64,000 bases of DNA. Source: Phoronis australis. Its lineage: Eukaryota > Animalia > Phoronida. A model generated the notes under the pieces. That model was given only the letters and a program-made list of their open reading frames with translations. It was not told the origin of the DNA and searched no databases. Made by a program: the position numbers and the translations under genes. The stretch covers positions 1,012,230-1,076,229 of the forward strand of contig NMRA01000042.1 in the NCBI GenBank assembly GCA_002633005.1. The letters are read 5' to 3'. Of the stretch, positions 34,527 through 49,085 are shown piece after piece (position 1 is the first letter of the stretch; each line of letters begins with the position of its first letter).

Positions 34527-36229
34527 GTGAGTATTTTGGCAGCCATCCAACCCTCCTGATGAGTATATGAACAGTAGTTGATCAGGCCCTTGCAACAGAA
34601 CAATTTAACACTGAATAGGGTTTTATCTTGACTAAATACAGCTTTCTACTACGTCATGAATACATCGAATTCGTATTTAGAATCATCGATACCAGAGGCT
34701 CGCCGTTTTCTGATTTGTGTAAACTTTTCGGAAGTGTTCCCCTTTTTAGGGAGCTTGCAGGCCAGTCATATGGGTTTGCTATACCTTTGCGTTATTGTAT
34801 TGGAAACTGGCACGTGGTAAATCTGAACTATTTCGACGATTCTTTACTAAAAAAAATAATAAATGCTGACATTTTACCCACAATTTCCACACATGTCCTA
34901 GACATGCAAAAGGAGTATCCAGTTCAGCTATTTCGAGCCTTGTCTCCTGGTAGGGTCTCTTTCGAAAATCCCCAGTGGACATTCGTATAGGTTAGGTGTC
35001 CTTTACAGGTACCTTTCTTTCCCTCCACAAATATCCTTTTTTTTCTCAAACCATACTTACTTTTCAATATTAATTTTTTTAAGGTTGACTGTCAATATAG
35101 TCGACTTTATACATAAAAATGAGTGAAGTATCGTTACAGTTCTTAAAACCACTATTAATTTAGACCACTTATCGCTATAATGATTGGTCTCAACCTGTGA
35201 CCCTTAGCAAGATGGGAAGTGATTTGTGGGTTTGCAAAGACCTGGCAGTTCGTTGGACTGACATGGGTTACTCTGTAAACAAACTCATTTCTTCAGAAAG
35301 TAAAAATAGATGATCCCGATACATGCAGAGTATGTTACTATAGAAAGTGGACTCTGGAAAATAACAATACTCATGAGAGATAAAGATAACTGGATTGAAG
35401 GGCGGGACTTTCGGATACAAAGCTGGGCGTCTGGGTTTATATCAAAACGCATAGGCGAAAGGTTTGCCGCAACACACAAAAACGTACCGACACCGTTTTT
35501 TGTCGAACGGGAGACGTTACACCCAAAATCGCCCGACGACGGTTTTTCTTGTTTTTTTAAATCAAATAGGCAATTGTTGGTGCCTCAAAAACCAATCAAA
35601 CGTCCCATTTATTCATTTCAGTCGAACAGGAAAATAGTGTTATGTACCTTTGGAATTTACAGTAGTCTATGATAATGTAAGTGTTGCCGTGTGTCAAAAA
35701 GTAGGACATTTGGTGGTGTGGCGGGATTGCGAGAAAATTAGAAAAGTGGAATAGAACGCCAAGAGCGGACAATTGGCAAATACAATGTAATATATGAGCA
35801 ACACAAACATTGGATTGGGTTTTTTACAAAGCTAACTTCTCATTTTGTTTAAATTTTACTTCAAGGGCCTGTAAGGCTATAAGAAAATACTACATTGACT
35901 GCTCAGACATGGAATTAACAAAAAAAGTAGTTGGGCAACAGTTTCACATTGTACATATCGTTTACAATAGAAACATTGGAAAACGGTAAGAATGTATGCA
36001 AGCTCAAACATACACACTTAGTAAAGCTTTTTAAGTCACGTAAACACATCTGTTACTATAGGGGGCTAAACTTTTCAGTGCAGAACAAACACTATGAAAC
36101 CAAATGTCACTGCTTTCCGTATAGTACAGTAACATGATTGCCTCTCCTGTCACAGAAAATGAGCCAAATTTACACTAAGAACGGGTAAAGTTGAAAACAT
36201 AAAATAGTAAATCCAGTCGTCCATTTGCC

Positions 36230-38135
36230 AATGAGGTTTGTGGCGCTGCCGTCGTAATCTCCTGGGCTTCTGGATTATCAGGCGTTGTCGTAGAACCATT
36301 CTGGGGGGACGCATCAGAGGGAGGAGCGATGGTGGGAGTTACTGGTAGGGCGACAAGAGGGCCACGTGAAGGTGGTAAACCGTCGTTGTACCATGGAGCT
36401 GGACTACAGGACAAAGGCAACAACGAAACGGATACGGGAACAGGAGAAGACGATGTGATCTCGTGGTCGTCGTCGTCGTCACTAGGGGCAGTAACAGATG
36501 ATGCAGCTGGAATGTCAGTAACCTCTGACGGAACACGGTAACACTCGGTGCCTTTGACACAGTACGTAACCGATCGCCAGAAAATTTCTGGACACTCAAC
36601 CACACGCCATCGGAAGCTACTACGAGGTATCGTGGACGGACTCTGGACTTGTCCCTGTCGGAGTAGAGGTAAACAAGGATGCCGATGGATGCGTTGCATT
36701 TTACTGCCGGTTGGACAAAGAGACTTGGATCGCGCACTGGGTCCGTGGTTAATGGAGCGCCGTTGTCGTTGGGAAGAGATCAGCAAGTCGTCATGGACTG
36801 GTATTTGGCAAATGGTGAACTGGTGGCGCTGAACTCACATCTTTCTGGCGGACAAGCCGGTGGAGCGAAGACGGCTGTTCAAGCAACCTCAACGGCCAGC
36901 TCTAAGGAACTGACACTGCCGGTACCATGCTGATCACGCAGTAACTCGAGTGACAACTCCTGTATGGCCTTCTCTGCAACAGGGTTAAGGTTGGGATTCT
37001 TGATGCGTCCAATCTCAATTGAAATGAGATGACGTTCATGGAGGGCCTGGAAACCTGAAGCCGAGTTTATACAGATAACTGCGTGAGGGCCATCTAACGA
37101 GCGCAATTCGAGACACATTTGGAGAAGAACATTTCGTAGATCCTCGTGGCGTTGAGTAGCAATGATACAAGCCGCTGTGACTCACTCTCGAGTACCAAAA
37201 TGAGTTGTCGCTCGCGGTTCATGACGTCAGCTGCAAACCACGTCCCAACGGCGGCACGGGTATCAGAGGTACTCCGCAGGATCGTGGTTTTGGAGAAAGA
37301 GCGCATTGAACAACATTGATAGCACATGCGTGTGCAACGGTCAATGGCAGAGTATAAATCGAGTGCAAAGAAGTATCGTTGGGTGACGAGTCTCAGTTGA
37401 TGGGAGGTGGGGTGATCCAACCGTAAGTGAAGTGCCGTGAGTAAGCCGTTTAAGATGAGACGTGGAACGATGATGCGTTCTTCGCGAGCTACGAGAGGCT
37501 GGTCTCGCCGAACTACAAGTAAACCATCTGACGCGATAGTGGCGACTTTGAGATAGCGTTTAATATCTCGACTATTTTGTTACTTTCCTTGAGGGCCGCG
37601 TCCCTTATGTGAGATGAGAGTGTACTCGTCATAAATCGGGAGACTCGGACTGAATGGGTAACCAGGATGACCTCGTGGTGAAGAGAAGTTTGTGTTCTCC
37701 CTGAAGGACCTCGGCAGCAGTCGCACGGAGCACCACACAATCTTCCAGAGCGTTCACGAAAAGGCACACTTGGCGAAAAGCGTGGGTGCACTCTGGGCTC
37801 TGGCGACTCGCGAAGTCGGAGACGATGTTAGTGGCACCAGATACGTGACGAACGGTATCCTGATAGCGGGAAACGGTGGACAGAAACGTCGACACTCGGG
37901 CACTGATTTAAAAATTGCCTCTGCAGAGTTTCTTGAAAGCTTGTACACAAGGCATGCTGTCTGTGAGTTTGATGGTAGGATGTGCTGACTGAATCAGATG
38001 GGGGCTAAAATGTTTCGCGGAGGCAGCAATGGCGAGAGCCTCAATTTCACATGGGAGCCAAGTGACCTGTCGTGATTTCAGTTTCGCACTGAATTTGCCG
38101 CAGACACGTCGCGTGTCCTCACCAGAGAGATATAG
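36230..38135 (-). mobile_element. Gypsy LTR retrotransposon, decayed 3' part (RNase H, integrase)
   Basis: WLPCEIEALAIAAS.KHFSP, RHVSGATNIVSDFASR, HPTSHQL...C..C, FAADVMNRERQLILVL, GRIKNPNLNPVAEKAIQEL; many frameshifts; LTRs not confidently located. Confidence 0.85.
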
Positions 38136-40808
38136 CAAGGAGTGTACTAGTACAGGAGAGTTCACTCCACCATTTTGCCATTCGCCGCAATGGTTACCGG
38201 TCGAAACACTAGCGCTCCAATCGGTGAATAATCAACACTTAGTTAGGAGCGCAGTCCGAACAATGTAAGCAATCATAAATTCATACTTTAATGACATTCA
38301 ACGTGCAATAAAATTACTGTGTGATTGAAAATGGTTAGAATACATAAACTAACGTCCACTTACAATCGAATGAGAAAGAAAATGTGTATTTTAATCAATA
38401 TTAAAGTGTATTTGTTTTTATTCTCTTGACGCTCCCTTCGAAATCCATCTTGGTTTTGTTTCATGCTTGAGTTCTTAACAAGGCAATTATCGTTCCTTAT
38501 AACAGTTCATACCTCCATGGACTACATAATTTGAATGATTGCTCCTGGGGGTTCAGAGGCGAATTCCCCCAGGTGCTTGCTAAGGGTATACCAGGCAAAA
38601 ACCAGGTGGGTGCCAAACGGGTGTTACATGGGAGGAGTGCTAAACAGGTAAAAACCAATGGGTATGTATGCCACATGTGTGTTGAGCCCCTCCCATCGTC
38701 ACACATTTTGGTTGCTCCCCTGACCATTGACAAACATGTTGCTCCCAGCTCACTGCTGGTTTCATCTCCACCCAACAACTTCGCGTGTGTGCCCTATTCA
38801 ATGCACCAGGCTACTAGCAATGCAGACAATTGTTTTGTGCAGTGGGTGTTACACACGTGAGAAGAAGAAAGCGAGACAATTCATCACTACCACAAAATCG
38901 TAATACAATTTTAGAACATTCCATTTTTTCTTAGACATGCCCGTATAGGGTGAACTCAATCCCACTCTCCTACTCACCAACAGTTACAAGTCAGTTGTTA
39001 ATATGTAGAATAGCTCACAACTTACAAAACGTAGTAATATTGGGTATATCATCAATCATAACAAGTCAAAGTTCAAAATGTCACGACAAAAAATGTACTG
39101 AACAGCAATCAAAATATTCACTACCCACATAGCTTCATACAAAAGTGAATTAAAAAGACTTGGAGGATAAAACCAATTTTTTTTATTTTATATACCCACA
39201 GTTCCTATTATCAATAACAGTAAATATTTCGTGTAAGTAAAGCCAGACCACAAGATCATATCTGATACCTAGCCACAACTGGGGCTTTAAATTAATCACA
39301 ATCTCCAAAAACGTACAAAATAGGCAACACATACACCAACCAATACAACAAGAAAATCTGACCAACCTTGTCACTCTCTATTAATTCACTAGTAAACAAC
39401 AGCACTTTTCGCCAAAGAAATGCGTTATAAATAAAGCTGGAAACTAATTTATTCACAGAGGTGTTTGTCATCGAGAAGAAAATAATACGGATAGCTTGGG
39501 TTTAACAAAATTTCAGCCCACCATTCAGACCCTGAATGATCCATCAGTTTCACCTTGGCTCTCTCCAAATCACAGGCTAACCATTCATAAAATGTTTCAA
39601 TCTAATCAACCTTAGTAAAATACGAAAACCAGATTTTGACTAATTGTCCTTTCTACGCGTGATGTTCCAGTACTTGCTTTGTGAAGCGATAATCAGAAAT
39701 GCAAAAAGCCTATTCTAGAGCTGTAATATAATTTCCGGAGAACTTTTTGACCCTGACATCTTCATTTTTTGGTAGATTCGGGACATCAAATATTGTTCGG
39801 GCACTGCAGTCAATACCAGCTTGTTCTTCATTCCTGAACATGGACTCCTCGAAGTGATGAGAGCATAACTTGCACTTCTTGGACAAATAGGCTGAATCTC
39901 TATTCATAGGGTCAGCTCCCAGCGCTTGCACCTGAACAGAAATCAATGACTGACAGACTCAGGAACAAACCTCATACTCACTAGGTTCACAGAAGACTGG
40001 TAGCCTACACTAAAGTGCACTACACTACAGAATTCCTGTCGCACTGTGATTGTGAAAGAGACAAAAGCGTTTTGCCGGGTGTCAACTGAAAAAAAACTCG
40101 CATTCAAATGTCGATCCACGGATATTTTAACAGGGCCGCGCCTCCGCATCATTGACACATGGAATTAAGTTTTCAATGACGCACTGCTTAACTTAATCGG
40201 TCCAACTGGCACATTAAAATTATGTTGATTTTTCACTTTTCACCGAGACCCACAGATTCTCTAACTTGACTCATGACAGACTTGTGGCCCTGTGGCTGTG
40301 ATTGTGCCATGGTCGTGTCACCAGTCATATTACCCATGGCCATGGGCATGGGTATGTTGTCCTAAAATTATCCCTGCGATCGTACGGGTGACATTTTGAT
40401 TTGGAATTCATGAACTGCAAGTATCCAAAAAGCTGAAGATCACACCGTTCATCCGTCGGCAGCCGGGCTGTACAGTAGGCCTAGCCTACACTGCAGACAA
40501 CAGTGACAACGGGACTGCAATAGACTTGTCTAACAACCATGAACAGAACACACAAAATGAAAGCCAATGCATCATATTTTTGAATAACAGATAATCCTTA
40601 CCATTCTGGATCCTTAGAAAACCTAAAAAATGACACGTCTGGGGTTTTCGTGGATGAATTCATGCAATTTATCGCACTGCAAAATGCGTTCTTCCCTATT
40701 GGTTTGGCGCTTCCTGGTTGACAGTTGCTTAGTCACCACTTGGCGGGGCTAGTAGTAACTGTAACAGCGAACTCACAAGTGAACTCTCCTATTCTATTAC
40801 ACTCCTTG
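38136..40808 (-). mobile_element. P-element superfamily derivative inserted in the Gypsy pol
   Basis: TIR CAAGGAGTGTACTAGTACAGGAGAGTTCACT / AGTGAACTCTCCTATTCTATTACACTCCTTG; 7-bp TSD GATATAG at 38129-38135 and 40809-40815. Split THAP remnant on minus: CSAINCMNS..PDVSFFRFSKDPE|gtaagg near 40600-40690 and CKLCSHHFEESMF...TIFDVPN near 39770-39930. Confidence 0.82.
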
Positions 40809-40815
40809 GATATAG

Positions 40816-43410
40816 TGTACCGGCGATGTCTGGCTGTTTGGTGGAGGCGTCCGTGACTATCCTTAGCTAGTCGTCCAGTCGGGGTAGAGTGATAGTTTTA
40901 TGCGTGGACAATGCCTTTTGGGCCGAGGTAAAGGCAACATGTAACTCATCGGTCCAGGTAATGCGGTCTTTTGATTCGCACCCAGATATAGCGGTGTCCA
41001 TTGGGGCGATGAGAGATGCACAGTAAGGCATTACTCTCGACATATCTTTCACGGCTCCGATGAACGATCGCTTTTGTCGAACAGTGCCAGGTTTGGGATA
41101 AGACGAGAGAGCAGCTATCCGATGTGAACTAGCTTGTAAAGTACCCGTCTCCCAAATCCAGCCGAGGACTTCTGTGCGTCGTGGAGCTATGACTGACTTC
41201 GTAGAGGATAGACCGAGGTCGGTTATGGACAATGCATACAGCACCTTTTTCTAGTAGGTAATCAAGTCCGTGATAGTCTGACTACCTCAGCAGAGGTCAT
41301 CGGAAAGCTTATGGTAACAGCTCCTTCTTCCTAAAGCTCGCCCAATACACGACACGTTAACTCTTCCAAAGCGGCTTCCGGACCGGGCATACCCATGGCG
41401 CAATGTGCGTAGACACGGATAGCTTGAAAAGGTGTAGATACACCACAATATTTCATGGAATCTCGTGACAAAGGATTTTGATAGAAGGCACTCGTAGGAT
41501 ATCAGTCTTGATGATGAACTTTCATTGAGCAATCTTCCGAAGCACGGAATCTACGTCAGGCATTAGAGATGGTTGGGGCTTGGCGTATCGGCCGACGTCT
41601 GCAAATGGTGTAACTAAACGAAAACCTCAGTGGAGTTTCTTGACTAGAAACGAGGGATTAAGATATTCTACTGTAATGCCAACATCCTCTGGACGGGAGA
41701 ATACTCTCAGTGTCTCCAGCTCGTTGAATTTTGTTACAATTCCAGGAGCTTGTCCTTGGAGTATTGGGGGAGGCAACCTTTCCTCTGTGGAGGTTGGGTA
41801 GGACCCATGTTGACAACTGCTTCGAATGGTCCTGCGGTGACGTTGTACCCGGAGTATTGCGAATCAAATACGTGAGCAAATTCGCGATGCAGGGCACGGA
41901 ACCTGTCCCGATCTGCAGCATGCAAAATATTGTCCGGGTCAATGGCTACAAAAAGGTGGTGATCCAAGGTAGTTTGGGTTGATGGGGTACACTTGGTGGC
42001 TATAGGGTATCCAGCTAGAACTTCGGAGTGAACACGGCATTTGCACCTGGCAAAACTGTTCATCTCTTTACAAAAATCGTGGCTCATCGGTGTTGTTGAA
42101 TAAGCGAATGCTATCATCAGTCGGGACAAGAATGGCGGGTTGTGGCCATACCTAGTAAACACCCGGAGAGCGGAGGCTAAAGGTGTCGGTGCGAGGTTCG
42201 ATTATAATATCTACTTCAAGATCGGTGAAATCAGTCGGGGCCTCCAACTCAAGACAATCACCAGGCCATATGGCTGTCGCGTGAGGGGATAACATAATAC
42301 GTGGGACAGTCGTGCTGTGGGTCGTGGATAATGGTTTACGGGTTGGCCAGAGGAATACATAGATCCAACGTCATAATCTTGCAAGCAGGTCGTACTGAAA
42401 TGTTACCGGAAGTGATAAATGGGGTTGCCACCAATACGTCTACGTCAAAGGTCTCGATAACAAGACCGTCGAAAACGAAGGAATGCTTGTCATGCGTGAA
42501 GAAAAGTCGAGTTTCCCCCACAACCTGTAGAGTAGTTGTACCATCGGCCTGGAAGGCGGTTTGGGAATTTTTACGAACTTTTGCTCCCAACAAACGTGCA
42601 CACAATGCGCTTATTATGTTTTCTGTCGCCCCGAAATCAAATGTCAAATGCACGGGTGTTTGACCAACAAACGTGTCGAGATAAGGAGACTGGACTATGT
42701 GTAAGCAAAGCGAGACAGCGGAGTCAGGACAGTACTGGTCGTAACATGTTGTGTCTTGTGGGGAACCTTCCTCAGTGGCGTTGTCAACATCGGTAGACCG
42801 TGACAAAGGCGCGTATGTCGTCAGACGGGAGGAACGAGCACCGAGACAAGAAGTGGTCTGAGGAAGTGCAGCTGGCGGTGGTGCATAAGACACACGACGG
42901 GGTTCTACGGGGCGAGGGGGGTTGTGTTAGAGCTGGTTACACGCATGAAACGAGTGTCCTCGATACACCTAAGCTCATTAAGTAGTGAGTTCATAGCTTG
43001 AGAAATTTCAGTCAGTGCGCAACTCCGCACCGTATCGTTGCTTAACAAGCTGGGATAAACCAGGCTTGACCAGCTGTAACCATAAAAACACAATAGTATT
43101 TTCAAGGGAGGGAGTCATGTCTTCGTCGATGCCGACAGCTTCGCCATGATGCGTTAAGCCACACCCAACGGTAAGTAAGCTATCCTAGCAAAAATCAGTG
43201 AGGCACTGGAATAGGTCTTCAGAACGTTCATTGGGATATATTGATATGAGTACTGGGTCTAAGAACATACCATGAATAATACGCTTACATGTATAAGGAA
43301 GTCACACATTTCTAAAGATATGAGGGAATTTTCACCACTCGTCATTCTGAGCGGCTTTTACCAGGATCAAAGAGAGCGCGGCGCCAGAGTTGGATACAGT
43401 TGTGATGACC
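40816..43410 (-). mobile_element. Gypsy LTR retrotransposon, decayed 5' part (gag, protease, RT)
   Basis: Protease-like LTFDFGATENII...QADG, PPQRKGCLPQYSKDKL, RT with KLSDDL, RRTEVLGWIWETG, SFIGA. Joins the 3' part in frame (GTLYLSGED) once the P element is removed. Confidence 0.85.
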
Positions 43411-46226
43411 ATATTGTCCGGTGCGAGCAAGACCCAATTACTAAGTGAAATTACCCGACCATAAACTGTAGTAAACATTTCTGCCTGTACACACTGGCGA
43501 ATTTTCAAAATTCATTAACTAATAATTTTCGTTAAAAACGAACACCATGGCGGTATTCAGCTGGTTTTCCATTTCTAAAAATCGATGAACTAATTAAGCT
43601 AAAACAACAAACATTGGTTACGATTGAAGATAAACGACCGTGGGTATTGACATACTCGACAGTTTTACAAACACTGATTAGAGTTAACAATATCACATAG
43701 GTTATTCTTTTAATAATCTTTCAATCTATGGAACAGTTAATGCCCACTCTTCATTTTATGACTGACAAGTTATAATAGTTATGTAGCCAGTGCAACCGAA
43801 ATTGCGCAGATTCCAAATCTTCTGTTTGGCTATCACCATATTTGCACTTTTGTATATATTTTTAACTTGAACTAATGGCACGTGTTGTTTAATTTTTGTT
43901 TGCTAGGAAATGTTTAGTGTAAATGTAGCTGTAATATGGAAAGTTCAGGGATGGGTTCACAATTAACTAAGCTAATTACAGTTTCGCTGGCAATCAAAAT
44001 CTACCACTGTTTTGGTACTTCAAGTTAAAAAATAAAACGAAAAGGTATCAACCCGTTCCCGGTAAGAAAGAAAACAAGTAGACAGGAATACTAAAAATGA
44101 AATAACGAAAACCGGTATGAAACGTATTTAAAACCGTGATCGTTCCTGACGAGACGGAGCCGGAAGGGTTCCAACCAAACACAGTCGTACGAACAACACT
44201 AAAAAATACAATGGAGCTGGTTGTCTAGAAACGTAACTAAATGGTCTTGCTTGATGAACAAAACTGTCAAAATGAAAATGAAGCAATGAAATTACGTTTG
44301 ATTGGAAAACTGCAACACTCGATCAAAAAGCAGTCGAGCAGACTGCTGGAACTAATTCACAGTGCAAACTCTCGCGACTAGTCTCGGGGTCGCAACCTCT
44401 GAGAGTACATTGGTCACGTGCAGGAATTGGCATTCTTGAGCCACGTCATTGATACAAAGATAAATCAGTCCAATAAATTTTCACAGCTTAATTTTCCACT
44501 AAGTGCAAAATTTGAGCTTTGATTATGGCAAGATTTGTTATCCCGATTTTACTCTAAGTGAATCATGATCTTAGTGGAGAGCATGCAAGATCATTTTAAG
44601 CAATGTCCGGCTTTAACTTACATGTGTTTTAGTGTCACTTGTAAGAAAAAAATGATAGTGGCATTGCGAAAGCATAAATACTCGTTAAGAGATTCGCAAC
44701 TCCGTGAAATCACGCGGCCTTACGCGATACTACGTTTGGAGGACTTCCTGTGTTTTGGTTTCTTGTAGTAACGAAGGTAAACTTTCGTTTTTATTTCGCG
44801 CATTTCAAGCATTTTTTAGTTTTTAACTAACTTGCTTCACGTATGCCAGCAATACAAGTCGGATTTTTGCTACAACACTCCCTGGACTAAGTCGACAAGT
44901 TGTTGCTGATTCGGCCCAACTCAGTGACAGCATGGATACTGCGACAGTTCAATACAAGAATCGAGGTTTTTGGCTCAATGAAAGGAAAAATCTCTTCATC
45001 TGGTTGGATTCGCAGTTGTTCACAATGGATTTTAGTTTGAAGTTGAGATTTTGTAGGAATTTTGGCTTGACCTAAATGTAGTAGCTTCTCATTTGTCACT
45101 ACATGTACGTTTACAATGTCAGTGACTTCATAGAACAGCCTAGCCTCGGCTATCCACCTGCTAACAGCTTTTTTTTGTTCTGTAACAAATGGCCTTAAAT
45201 TTATGTAGGCTACCATATGTCAGTTGATTCATCTCGATGGTTACTTTCCAAAAATGTCGGTGCTACCTGTTTAGTTTTTTGTTTTTCGTCAAGTAGAAGA
45301 TTCACACAACTACTGCGCTGTGCCAGGATTTATAAGACAAGACAATGACATGCCATCCTGGAATGTTGATTTGGAGTCAATGTTTTGCCAGTAATAAATA
45401 TATGTCATAATAAATATAAATTATTGCACATGATGATCCTGTGCTCACGATTAATGAGATTTCCCTTGTTAAACATTTAAAAAATACACTGGATTGTTTT
45501 AAATTTGGAAACTACTTTTATAAATACGGTGTGCTAATGATAAAGCTATTGGATTTCCTTTATGAATTATCAAGTAAAATAGATCAAGAGGAAATTGTAC
45601 AATATCAAGATTTGTAGAGAAACTCTATTTCGGAAAATTTAGTACGCAAAGGGTGCTTTTATATTCCTTTCTCAGAAATGTACACAACACTTTTTATTAT
45701 GTTTTTTCCTGTTTGTCTTTGTAAAAATCAATTCGACCGTGTATTTGTGTTGCCAATTTTTCCTTAACAATTGTAAAGTTAGACAGGGCAATCCCAGACC
45801 CATGTTACTTACTCATTGGAGCTGGGAAAATAAAAATAAAAAATGTCTATTTTTTGTGTGCTATGCTGACTTTCACTGTCATCAACAGATTTTTCGTTGT
45901 TTCGGAAAAGAAGTCTATTGGTAACAAGAGTAAATTTCACTCGGACAAATTATTTTGTATTAAAAGAAATGGCGGCTCTCTATTCAAAAAAACAAATAGT
46001 ACAAATGCTACCACAAGCGCAACTGTGTGTTGTTCAGGCACAAATAGCAAAGACAAATATCCAGGAGGCAATTTCTCTCCTAGATCGCCATCTCATGGCC
46101 AGTCGAGATTTCTTGACAGTGCTGCAAAATACAGATGGCTTTGTTTATCTATTTTACCATCTCTGCACAAACCTCATGAAGGAATGGGGTGCTGGCTTTC
46201 TCTAAGAAACTAGGCAACATATATGT

Positions 46227-49085
46227 CAGAGTGACAAACATGGCGAGTTTACATGTCACGCTTCAGGTGGCTGTAGCACTGTAGACTATTTGATAGTATC
46301 GACAAGTCTCTTTCAACATATTTCAGATTTTAGTGTAGGCACATTTGACGAGTCTGACCATTTTCCTATTGTTCGTAATGTTGCAGGTAATTGTGTGTAT
46401 GACAGTCGTTGTAGCGTTAGCCAATCAGCATCGAAATCAAACACTAGACTGGAGTGGGATAGTGGCCGAGTAGCAGAATTCCATGAAGTGTTCTCAAATT
46501 GCCTATCAGAAAGTCTAGATCGAGTAGCTGAACAGATTGCTCGTGGCGACACTAGAAAGTGCAACAGATGGTATCACAAATCTGTATAAACAAACTGCTA
46601 CATCGATGGCAATGTTTAAAAATAAACGTACTTATGCTAAAAGGCAGAGCAAACAACCCCCTTGGTGGGACAAAGAATTACATACTGCGAAAAAACTAAA
46701 AATCACTATTTGAATATTTTTCGGAGAGACTCTTCCCCTGGAAAATTGGCAGTATACAAAGAAAATAAGAAACAATTTCGCATGCAATACAAAGAAAAAG
46801 AAAAAGAGCACCAATCGAAGTTGCTAGAAAATATTTTGGATAGTAGAAATAATCCAAAGCAATTCTGGGCTTTGGTAAAATCAAAATTTAATAGTACTCC
46901 GAAGGAAACTGCGATAACTCCAGAACGGTGATACACGTATTTTAATTTGTTGTTCAATAAACGGATGGAACCGAACGAAACTATGTCAAATGCGGTCGTA
47001 AAACAACAAGAAAATCATGGCAATTACTGCCAGTGATGCTTGTGACAAAAATTTACCCAGTGATATGAACACTTGTTTCTCATGTGAGGAAATTGACTGC
47101 GCTATAATGGATCTGCCAAACGGCAAAGCGGCCGGCATTGATCACGTTGTGTTTGAGATGTTGAAGAGTACGAGGGTAGCTATTGTTCCTGTATTGGAAC
47201 TGCTTTTCAATGGAATTCTCGCTACAGGTCACTACCCACAGGGCTGGTGTGACGCAATAATTGTTCCTATATTTAAACAGGGTAACACTGAAGATGAGAA
47301 CAATTATAGAGGTTTCGTTGTTGTCTGCAGTAGGAAAGCTATTCACCAAACTTTTGAACAACCGGCTTAGGACCTGGGCTGAGGCAAATGACGAACTTCG
47401 TGAATCACAGGCGGGATTCCGCAAGGGCTATTGCACTCAGGACCAAATGTTTACGCTTCAGGCCATGTGCCAAAAATATATCCCTAAGCCCGGGGGGTCG
47501 TTTTTATGGTGCTTTTGTCGACTTTTCGAAGGCGTTTGACAGAGTTCCCACATGCTACTCTGGTATAGATTACAAAAAATTGGTGTCCATGGTAACGTAC
47601 TTAAAATCTTGAAATCCATGTACAGCAAATTACGTTCATGCTGAAGGACCCGAGAAGGGTTAACCGACTTTTTTGACTGTTCTGTCGGCACCAGACAAGG
47701 GTGTATGATCAGCCCACTATTATTTATCATGTATCTGAACGAATTTATCGAAGTCCTAGATTATGCCCAAAATATTAGAGGGATTTATATCAATGAAGAG
47801 GCTCCGCATGTCAAATCGCTGTTGTATGCTGATGACATGGTTCTGTATTCGAGCACTCAAATTAATTTGCAAAAAATGTTAAATTGCCTTTATGATTATT
47901 GCTCTTCTTGGGGCATGAGTGTAAATCTGAAAAAAACTAAGATCGTTGTTTTTAGAAATGGCGGGCCACTCAGAGCGTATGAGAAGTGGTATTATGGAAA
48001 CCAAGTAGTGGAGGTTGTCTCCCAATATAAATATCTAGAAATATTTTTCACACCAAGATTAGTCTGGTCTAAAGCCACTAAAACTCTGGCACGTCAAGGT
48101 AGTAAAGCTGCTATGTCCATCTCCAAAATTAGAAACCGGTGCACGGAATTACCATTGAGCCTATCACTTGAACTGTTTGATAAAATTGCTGTACCAATTA
48201 TGTGCTACGGCGCGGAAATCTGGGGATTCAAAGAATACGAATGGCTTGAAAATGTTTATGTTAAATTCTGTAAAATTGCTCTTGGAGTTGGAAACTCTTG
48301 CTCAAACGCAGCTGTATTGGGTGAATGTGGAATTTATCCGCTCTATGCAAAGTATTGTCACGTGTGTAAAATATTGGCTAAAGTTATTGAAAATGCCACC
48401 TACTAGATACGCTAAAGCGGCTTATGACATGTTAGTTGATTTAGATAGGAATGGAAGAAATACTTGGGTATCTTCTATTAGACAATTGCTATCAAAATAC
48501 GGTTTTTATCAAATTTGGTTGAATCAAGGTGTCACGTGCGTAGTCTCGTTTTTAAGTTTCTTCGCGCAAAGAGTTAATGACTGTTATGAGCAAGGTTGGC
48601 GATCAGAAATTGAGCATAATGCAAAACTTAAATTCTACTCTAACTTTAAGACTCTGTACTGTTTTGAACCATATCTTAAGTTACCGCTACACAATAGTCT
48701 TATTCAAGCGTTTACTCGTTTACGTTGCTCCAACCACAGACTACAAGTGGAAGTGGGTAGACACGAGAAAGTGGAATATTACAATAGATTATGTATGGCT
48801 TGCAATGATGGTCTTGTAGAGGATGAATACCATTTCCTGTTGGTTTGCAAGGGATATTGTGAACTTAGGTCACGTTTTATGAAGGAAGTTCAATGGAGGC
48901 ATCCAACTCAAGAATCCTGTATACGTCTGCTCGCTAATCCAGATATATCTGTTGTTAAATATGTGTATTTTGTCCTTAAAAGACGAGAACAACTCTTAAA
49001 TGGGTTGACTGCTTGAGCAAATGTGCCTGATTAATTGTTTTGTTTATTGTACTTTGGGTCAGAGGCCTTCAATACAAATACAAAT
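46227..49085 (+). mobile_element. RTEX-like LINE, 5'-truncated, decayed
   Basis: EN end (STVDYLIVS...ESDHFPI), RT (QAGFRKG, FVDFSKAFDRV, QGCMISPLLF, LLYADDMV), C-terminal RLRCSNHRLQVEVGRH...C..C...EDEYHFLLVC; (TACAAA)n-like tail. TSD core CAACATATATGT at 46215-46226 and 49092-49103. Confidence 0.88.

Noticed and set aside
35900-36230. Gypsy LTR pair
   Set aside because: No matching direct repeat found near 43400; LTRs are lost or too decayed to call.
44887-46205. ORFs of 100-120 aa upstream of the RTEX-like LINE
   Set aside because: Outside the TSD and no motif recognised; not supportable.
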